A stretch of DNA of 15,275 nucleotides from contig CAXTKV010000128.1 in NCBI GenBank assembly GCA_964244895.1, forward strand, positions 1-15,275, read 5' to 3'. This DNA comes from an uncultured Deinococcales bacterium. Lineage in GTDB: Bacteria > Deinococcota > Deinococci > Deinococcales > JAAFIG01. Under the pieces are notes generated by a model that made no database searches, was not told where the DNA came from, and worked only from the letters and a program-made list of their open reading frames with translations. A program made the position numbers and the translations under genes. Below, one piece after another: positions 9,539 through 15,275 of this stretch; positions within the stretch are counted from its first letter, which is position 1, and each line of letters starts with the position of its first letter.

Positions 9539-9586
9539 ACACCGTCCAGTGCGGCGCCTCGAGAAATCCACCCAGGGCGGTGTTTT
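9539..9586. repeat. Family A palindromic element, degenerate copy 3
   Basis: CACCGTCC (9540-9547)...GGGCGGTG (9575-9582), a 43-nt core. On the minus strand it follows the MFS stop directly and aligns with the 14126-14168 copy. Confidence 0.7.
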
Positions 9587-10963
9587 TCAATCGGTCGGCG
9601 ATGCGATCCGGCTGGGGGACGTTGTTCCGGGCAGCGCGAACGCGACCGCCCATGTGGCCGCGCCCAGCGCCAGTGCAAACACGAAGGCTCGGCCCAGACC
9701 GTCCGTCAGGCTCGCCAGGTTGCCGCCGGTTTGCTCGATGGACGCACCGATCAACGCGCCCATGACCGCCGAACCGAGCGCCCCGGCGATGGTGCGCGCA
9801 AACAGAATGCTCGAGGTGACGATGCCCAGATCCTCTTTGGGGACGCTGCCCTGAACTGTCACCAGCAGCGTCAACATCGTGAAGCCCATACCCAAGCCGA
9901 CGATCGCGCCGACCACGGAGAGCGTCAACAGCGGCCCACCCAGCAATACCCGGAAGGCCGCGAAACCGATCACGATCAGGCTCGCGCCCAACAACGTCAA
10001 GCGCCGCACGCCCAGGCGGGGCAGCAGGCGCGCCGAGAGGGTCGCGGAGACCGTCCAGGCCACGATCATCGGGGTCAGAACCGCGCCCGCCGCCGTCGCG
10101 CCGGAGTTCGAGGTGCGCTGCGCGTACAGCGGCAGGTACGCGATGATCCCGAAATACGCCATGCCCGCGAACAGATTGCCCGCCAGACCCAGCCGCACCA
10201 GGCTGGATCGGAACGCCTTGACGGGCAGGATCGGGTTGGAAACTCGCGATTGCAGCCACCCGAACGCCGCCAGGAACGGCAGCGCAGCCATCGCGTAACG
10301 AACATCTTCCACCTCGAGCGCCCAGACCACCAGCCCAGTCGCCGCGCCGAAGGTCAGCGCGCCCAGCCAGTCGACCTTTCCTGAACGCGGTTCAGCCGAA
10401 TCCTGGTAGTAGCGCCAGTTCAGCCAAGCCGCCGCGCCCGCGAACGGCAAGCACAGCAAGAACACCCAGCGCCACGAGAGATGATCCGCGATCACCCCGC
10501 CCAACAGCGGCCCCAACAAGCCCGACACGCCCCACGCGCCGCTGACGAACCCCTGCACCTTGACGCGCTCCTGAAGCGGGTACAGCGTGGCGATCAGCGT
10601 CAACGTCAACGGCATCACGCCGCCCGCGCCCAAGCCCTGCACGATCCGCGCCGCGATGAAGACCCCCATGTCCTGCGCCAGCCCGCACATCAGCGAACCC
10701 AGCACGAACAGCGCGATGGCCCCCAGGTAGAACGGCTTGCGTCCGTACAGATCCGACAAACGTCCCCAGACCGGGCCGCTGATCGTGCTGGCCAACAGGT
10801 AAACCGCGAACGGCAGCGCGTACAGCCGTTCCCCGCCCAGGCTCTGGATCACGCTGGGCATGGCGGTGGCGACCACCGTGGATTCGAGCGCGGCCAGGAA
10901 GATACCGGTGATCAACCCTGCCGTGACGATGATTTTCGGATCGTAGCGTCTGGCGTCGAACAC
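9587..10963 (-). CDS. MFS multidrug efflux transporter (DHA2/14-TMS-like)
   Basis: Likely start GTG 10963 (458 aa). Motifs [37 protein letters not shown] and GPLLGG...SWRWVF, with many TM segments. Confidence 0.88.
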   Translation of the reverse strand: MFDARRYDPKIIVTAGLITGIFLAALESTVVATAMPSVIQSLGGERLYALPFAVYLLASTISGPVWGRLSDLYGRKPFYLGAIALFVLGSLMCGLAQDMGVFIAARIVQGLGAGGVMPLTLTLIATLYPLQERVKVQGFVSGAWGVSGLLGPLLGGVIADHLSWRWVFLLCLPFAGAAAWLNWRYYQDSAEPRSGKVDWLGALTFGAATGLVVWALEVEDVRYAMAALPFLAAFGWLQSRVSNPILPVKAFRSSLVRLGLAGNLFAGMAYFGIIAYLPLYAQRTSNSGATAAGAVLTPMIVAWTVSATLSARLLPRLGVRRLTLLGASLIVIGFAAFRVLLGGPLLTLSVVGAIVGLGMGFTMLTLLVTVQGSVPKEDLGIVTSSILFARTIAGALGSAVMGALIGASIEQTGGNLASLTDGLGRAFVFALALGAATWAVAFALPGTTSPSRIASPTD

Positions 10964-10969
10964 GCGGGC

Positions 10970-10975
10970 AGCATA
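10970..10975 (-). promoter_or_regulatory. -10 box (TATGCT) of a probable leaderless MFS transcript
   Basis: TANNNT 6 nt before GTG 10963 on the minus strand. Confidence 0.7.
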
Positions 10976-11094
10976 AGCCCGCCTCCGATTGGGTGACTGC
11001 GATGCGGGTCGTGTTGTGGGCACCTTTCGAGCCTGGATGTACATGATCGCGTCTCGAGGTGCGTCCGTACACGGTTTCTCGAGCCCTACTCGGC

Positions 11095-11124
11095 TGTCAT
11101 TCTGAGGAGAAACGACGAAGAATC
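11095..11124 (+). repeat. TGTC/CGTC-tagged REP-like element (single copy)
   Basis: TGTC-ATTCT-GAGGAGAAACGACGA-AGAAT-C resembles the GTCATTCTGAG...GCGAAGAATC class of palindromic repeats. Confidence 0.5.
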
Positions 11125-11411
11125 GTTCGCGGTCGTTCGGACGCGAGCTGTCGCTCGAAATGGTGTCCTCGATTTTCGTGGCGGCGAAAAACCTTTCACG
11201 GCGTTCAAGCCGACGAGCAGGTGGGAGTGCTTGAGGATGAATCTCTGAGGGTACATTCCCCGAGGCTCGCCTGGTTTTTTCTCGGATACCGCTCGAGCCC
11301 TTCAGTCTTCTCGAGGGTGCGACTTCTGGCTGTGAATACCCCGAGGCTTGCCTCGGAGATCTTGCTATTGCCGCGCCTCGAGCACACGCGCCTGAGCCGG
11401 AATGATGATCG

Positions 11412-11461
11412 AGAACACCGTCCGGGACGCAAATAAAATAACGTGTCCTGGACGGTGTTCT
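11412..11461. repeat. Family A palindromic element, copy 4 (inverted relative to copy 1)
   Basis: AGAACACCGTCC / GGACGGTGTTCT is a 12-bp perfect stem, extendable to 19 bp with G-T pairs. Loop AAATAAAATAAC. Confidence 0.9.
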
Positions 11462-11509
11462 TCGTTGGGCACGTTTCTCGAGATTCTCGAATGCGGTAAA
11501 CGCGGATGG

Positions 11510-11515
11510 TAGCCT
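11510..11515 (+). promoter_or_regulatory. -10 box (TAGCCT) of a probable leaderless addB transcript
   Basis: TANNNT 6 nt before GTG 11522, no SD. Confidence 0.65.
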
Positions 11516-11521
11516 GAACGC

Positions 11522-14110
11522 GTGAAGGCCACGCCAGAATTGCTCGTCGGTTCCGCGCAGAGCGGCAAGACGCGCGAGGCCGCGCGGCGCGCCTTCGAGG
11601 TCGCGCAGTCGGGCGAACGCGCGATCGTGCTGACGCTGCCGAACCAGCGGGGTTTCTTTCTGGAACGCCTCTCCAGCCTGGGGCCGACGTTGGGCGTCGA
11701 GGTCACGAACCTTCAGAACATCGCGTACCGTTTGCTGGATCGGTTGGGCCAGAACCGCCCGGTGGTGCTCAATCCGGGCCGGGTGGCGCTGACGGCTCGG
11801 GCGCTCGAGGGCGTGCTGGAACGCGCCGTCGGCCCCGGCGAGGCGCGCTTGTACGCTCGGGCCATCGCGGAATGCAAACGCCACATGGTCGCGCCACAAC
11901 AAACCGGCGAACCGTACCAGGATGCGTTGGCGGCGGCCTTCGCGCGTTATGAGGCGATGCTCGAGTCGGGCGCAGTCCAGGATCTGGACGACGTGCGATT
12001 GCGGGCGGCGCGGTGGCTGGCCGGATCATCGATTCGGTTGAACGCGCACCTGATCGTGGATGGTTACCGCAGCTTCAACCCTTCAGAACTCATGGCGATC
12101 AAGGCGCTGTGCGACCTGGCGGAATCCAGCCTGGTGACGCTGCCGTGCGGTGCGCCGGACACGGCGCAGGACGCGTGGGCGCACCCGTTGCGGTTCGCGG
12201 AACTCGAGGCGATCGCGGATCGGTTGGGCGCGAAAGCCCGAAGGTTGAGCGCCAGAGGCAAACCCTGGGCCGGGCTGCCCGACGCGGTCACACTCGAGGC
12301 GCACATCAATCCCGTCGAGGAGGCTCGGGCGATCCTGCGGGCGATCAAACGCGCCCTGCTGGACGGTGTTCCCGCCCATGAAATGGCCGTCGTGATTCCG
12401 AACCCCGTACCGGCCCGAGTCCTGGAAGCCTTGGGGCGCGAGTACGGCGTGCCGATCGCACCTGAGACGCAGGGCAGCGCCCTCGAGACACCGGAAGGTC
12501 GCGTTCTGGAAGCCCTGCTGGGTGCGCCCGCCCGCGATTACGCGACGCGCGATCTGAGGGCGCTGGCGGTGCTGGAACCGACGCTGGCGCGGCTGGCGGA
12601 CGCGCTGGAACAATCCGGCGTCAACTCCGGCGTTCGCGCCTACCACCTGGTCAGTCGGGACGCGGAGGCGCTGAGCGCATTGGGGCGGGTGCGGGCGCTG
12701 GCGGAACCGCCCGAATCGGCCAACGCGACCGAACTGGTGGCCTGGTTCGAGCGCGTGCTGGAACGCGCCCTGCACGGTTCCGCGTTTCTGGACACGGCGC
12801 GGGTCGTGGCTCGCGAGGCGGCCAGGTTGCTCGACTCGAGCGGTGCGGATGGTGAAGGTCGGCTCGATGGCGCGATCTTCACCGACTGGGTGCGTTCCCT
12901 GCTCTCGAGCGTGCCCGTGGCGCACCCGCTCGCGGGTCGCGGCGTGGCGGTGCTGGGGCCGGAGGAAGCCAGCGGCAGGCGATTCCGGCGCACCTTCGTG
13001 ATGGGCGCGGTGGACGGCGCGTACCGCGTCGGGGACGGCGAGGATTTTTTTGCGCCCGAAGAGGATCGGATCGCGCTGGAACGCATCCTGTCCGGCGTGC
13101 CGGGATTGCCCGCGCGTCTGGTCGGCCTCGAAGATTCCTCGCTTTACGACGTGCTGACCCGCGCGGACGAGGCCGTGACCGTGACCTACCCTCGCGCGGA
13201 ACGCGGCTCGAGCTTGCGCCCGCACCCCAGGCTCGCGATGCTGAACACGCCAACTTTGGCGATGCTGAACACGCCAACTTTAGCGATGCTCGAGTCGCCT
13301 CGCTCGCACGGGGTCATTCCCGTCCCGACCGCCAGCCCGTTCGAGCTGCTGGCCGCGACCGCCGAACGCGAACCCCACGAAGCCCGCGCCCCGTGGCGCG
13401 TCCGACCGCGCCGAGCCGAGCAAGCCGCGACCTTAGAGCGCGCCAGCGTCTGCGCGGTGCGCGCCTGGGCGGAAACCAGCGTGCCGTCACCATCGCGCGG
13501 GAACGGGTTGGTGTCCGGGGAATTGCTTCGCTCGTGGAACGCCCGCTTGCGCCGCGCGCGCTGGCGCGGCGACGATGCGAACCCGCTCGCCCTCGCGCCC
13601 GACGACCACCGCGACCGCATCCAGGCGCTCTCGCCCCGTTTCCGCGCCAGGCTCGAGGCCGAACTGGACGCCCGCGTGCCGCGCCCGCGACCCAGCGAGG
13701 TACAACTCGGCTACAAGGCCAGCCTGGATGGCCTCGAGATCGTGCTGGATGGCGTGCGCTTCCGCAAGAACCGCGACGATGACGTGATCGCCGTCGAAAT
13801 CTACCGCGTGCTGGACGACCCCGCCGACGGCTACGACAGTTTCATGAAACCGGATCGTCAGCGCGAGTGGTGGTTCGCGGGCTGGTGGTTGGATCGCGGC
13901 GTGGGCGCGTCCTTCTGGGCCTGGAATCTGGAATCCGAACCGCGCCGCGTTTTCGGGCTGGACAAGCCTTACGCCCAACGCCGCCTTCGAGAGGCGATGG
14001 TTTCACTCGAGACCTCTCGGGCCGCGTTGGAATCCGGCGAGATGACGGCCAGTCCCGGTTTTCACTGCCGCGAGTGCGCCTACCGCGACCTCTGCCGGGA
14101 GGCCGTGTGA
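11522..14110 (+). CDS. addB: AddB-like subunit (helicase-like domain plus Fe-S-stapled PD-(D/E)XK-type domain)
   Basis: 862 aa. Walker A GSAQSGKT, AddB-type LIVDGYRSF, LYDVLTRA, a Cys in LERASVC and C-terminal PGFHCRECAYRDLC. It precedes an AddA-like helicase. Confidence 0.72.
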   Translation: MKATPELLVGSAQSGKTREAARRAFEVAQSGERAIVLTLPNQRGFFLERLSSLGPTLGVEVTNLQNIAYRLLDRLGQNRPVVLNPGRVALTARALEGVLERAVGPGEARLYARAIAECKRHMVAPQQTGEPYQDALAAAFARYEAMLESGAVQDLDDVRLRAARWLAGSSIRLNAHLIVDGYRSFNPSELMAIKALCDLAESSLVTLPCGAPDTAQDAWAHPLRFAELEAIADRLGAKARRLSARGKPWAGLPDAVTLEAHINPVEEARAILRAIKRALLDGVPAHEMAVVIPNPVPARVLEALGREYGVPIAPETQGSALETPEGRVLEALLGAPARDYATRDLRALAVLEPTLARLADALEQSGVNSGVRAYHLVSRDAEALSALGRVRALAEPPESANATELVAWFERVLERALHGSAFLDTARVVAREAARLLDSSGADGEGRLDGAIFTDWVRSLLSSVPVAHPLAGRGVAVLGPEEASGRRFRRTFVMGAVDGAYRVGDGEDFFAPEEDRIALERILSGVPGLPARLVGLEDSSLYDVLTRADEAVTVTYPRAERGSSLRPHPRLAMLNTPTLAMLNTPTLAMLESPRSHGVIPVPTASPFELLAATAEREPHEARAPWRVRPRRAEQAATLERASVCAVRAWAETSVPSPSRGNGLVSGELLRSWNARLRRARWRGDDANPLALAPDDHRDRIQALSPRFRARLEAELDARVPRPRPSEVQLGYKASLDGLEIVLDGVRFRKNRDDDVIAVEIYRVLDDPADGYDSFMKPDRQREWWFAGWWLDRGVGASFWAWNLESEPRRVFGLDKPYAQRRLREAMVSLETSRAALESGEMTASPGFHCRECAYRDLCREAV
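13235..13290 (+). repeat. In-frame 24-bp tandem repeat (2.3 units) encoding AMLNTPTL
   Basis: GCGATGCTGAACACGCCAACTTTG / GCGATGCTGAACACGCCAACTTTA / GCGATGCT. Confidence 0.92.
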
Positions 14111-14121
14111 GGTCGTTCTCG

Positions 14122-14172
14122 AGCGCACCGTCCTGGACGTATTTCTTGAAACTGCGTCCAGGACGGTGTTCT
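14122..14172. repeat. Family A palindromic element, copy 5
   Basis: CACCGTCCTGGACG (14126-14139) and CGTCCAGGACGGTG (14155-14168) form a perfect 14-bp stem, ~11 nt after the addB stop. Confidence 0.9.
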
Positions 14173-14245
14173 CGCGTATCGACGCGATCTGGGGCAGCGT
14201 CATCGTTGGGAAGGCGAACGCACAGTTCACCTTCCCGACCATCTC

Positions 14246-14270
14246 GTAGGGGCAGGTCTGCGATCTGCCC
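14246..14270 (+). repeat. GTAG-tagged REP-like hairpin
   Basis: GTAG + GGGCAGGTC-TGC-GATCTGCCC, the canonical tetranucleotide-plus-imperfect-palindrome REP architecture. Confidence 0.65.
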
Positions 14271-14320
14271 TCATCCCAGGCCGCAATCTCGAGGAATCGC
14301 GTTCCGAACGATTCTCGGGG

Positions 14321-14366
14321 ATACCGTCCGGCACGCATTTCTGGAATACCGTCCAGCGCGGTGCTC
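14321..14366. repeat. Family A palindromic element, degenerate copy 6
   Basis: taccgtccggcacgcatttctggaataccgtccagcgcggtgctc aligns with copy 5 (caccgtcctggacgtatttcttgaaactgcgtccaggacggtgttc) with one gap. Confidence 0.65.
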
Positions 14367-14369
14367 CCC

Positions 14370-15275
14370 GTGACGATCCTCGGTGAAAACGAAGCGCTGA
14401 CCCGCCTGGAAGTGCGCGCGGCCTCGGCGGGGACGGGGAAAACCACCAGCCTGGTGCTGGAATACTTGCGCTCGCTCAGGCACGTCCCGGCGCGGCGGAT
14501 CGCGGCGGTCACGTTCACGCGGGTCGGCGCGATCGATTTGCGGGATCGCTTGCGGGCGGGCTTGCGCGAGGTCGTGACCCAGGGCGCGTTTCTGGATTTC
14601 AGACCGCCCGCGTTGGAACCGTACCGCAACGCCCTGCGCGAGATCGGCGGCGCGACCATCACCACGATTCACGGCTTTTACCGCGACCTGCTGCGCTTGA
14701 ACGCGCCCGCGCTCTCGATCGATCCGGAGTTCTCGTATCTGGACGAATCCCAGGCCCGAGAGATTTTTCGGGATGCGGCCTCGCGCGCCCTGGCCCTCGC
14801 GGCGCTCGAGGACGGGCCGGGTGCGGCGATCCTGGCGGCGCTTGGCTGGGAGCGGGTCACGGGCGTGCTGGAGATGCTGTTCACGCGCCGGGTTTACGCG
14901 CCTTTCCGGGCGGCGGGCTTCGAGGACGCGCAGGCCGATCCGCTGGCGGTGTCGTTGCTGGAACTCTACGAAGTGACCGCGCGAGGCTACGCCGCGCGGC
15001 TGGCCTCGCGCTCGCTCGGGCCGACGGACGTGGAACTCGAGACGCTCCGGCTGCTCGGCTTGCCGGACGCCCTTTCGCGCATCCGCTCGCGCTACCGCGT
15101 GCTCCTGGTGGACGAATTCCAGGATGTCAACCCGTTGCAGGCGCGCGTCTTTTCTGGGTTGGGGATCGAGCGCACGCTCCTGGTCGGGGACGCCAAACAG
15201 TCCATTTACGCCTTCCGCGATGCCGACGTGAACGCCTTCTGCTCGCTCGCGCCGAGCGTGTGCGGGCCGGCGTTG
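14370..15275 (+). CDS. addA: AddA/UvrD-like SF1A helicase(-nuclease), 5' part, runs off the window
   Basis: Absent from the ORF track because there is no stop in the window. My translation from GTG 14370 (or 14361) gives RAASAGTGKTT (Walker A), IAAVTFT (Ia), TTIHGF, LLVDEFQDVN (Walker B) and VGDAKQSIYAFRDAD (III). Confidence 0.85.
   Translation, partial: MTILGENEALTRLEVRAASAGTGKTTSLVLEYLRSLRHVPARRIAAVTFTRVGAIDLRDRLRAGLREVVTQGAFLDFRPPALEPYRNALREIGGATITTIHGFYRDLLRLNAPALSIDPEFSYLDESQAREIFRDAASRALALAALEDGPGAAILAALGWERVTGVLEMLFTRRVYAPFRAAGFEDAQADPLAVSLLELYEVTARGYAARLASRSLGPTDVELETLRLLGLPDALSRIRSRYRVLLVDEFQDVNPLQARVFSGLGIERTLLVGDAKQSIYAFRDADVNAFCSLAPSVCGPAL

Noticed and set aside
8600..10384. 594-aa plus-strand ORF
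   Set aside because: Antisense shadow of the Roadblock, GNAT and MFS genes. Arg/Gln-rich with no motifs.
11059..11436. 125-aa ORF in the MFS-addB gap
   Set aside because: Made of repeat sequence, ends inside a family A element, and has no protein-like pattern.
10964..11902. N-terminal extension making the MFS 771 aa
   Set aside because: Runs antisense through addB and across repeats with low-complexity R/S/P sequence. A -10 box supports GTG 10963.
12083..13225. 380-aa minus-strand ORF
   Set aside because: Antisense shadow of addB, typical of GC-rich DNA.
1520..14366. Family A repeats as a CRISPR array or integron attC sites
   Set aside because: They are dispersed kilobases apart in both orientations, next to housekeeping genes. 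There are no spacers, cas genes, integrase or RYYYAAC/GTTRRRY ends.

Overview
GC-rich (~64% by eye) bacterial chromosomal segment, most likely Deinococcota. This rests on LysW-pathway lysY/lysZ, Deinococcus/Thermus-type TolC-like and Roadblock proteins, and many apparently leaderless genes with a TANNNT box 5-8 nt before the start codon. Gene order: lysY, a 4-TM hypothetical, yjjX-type ITP/XTPase and lysZ (+); a 1170-aa protein joining an N-terminal helical region, a ~620-aa acidic linker and a C-terminal TolC-like domain with no signal peptide (+); converging on it, three Roadblock/LC7 genes plus DUF3467 (-); a GNAT and an MFS exporter (-); then divergent addB-like and addA-like (truncated) genes (+). 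The non-coding DNA is highly structured. It holds at least six copies of a ~50-bp palindromic element with compensatory stem changes, single GTAG- and TGTC-tagged REP-like hairpins, and a perfect 18-bp palindrome abutting the Roadblock promoter. CTCGAG occurs about 70 times (HIP-like). Best novelty candidates: the GTPase-less Roadblock x3/DUF3467 cluster with the giant TolC-fusion protein, the CACCGTCC...GGACGGTG repeat family, and CTCGAG hyper-iteration. All family calls are from motif recognition; no database search was run.
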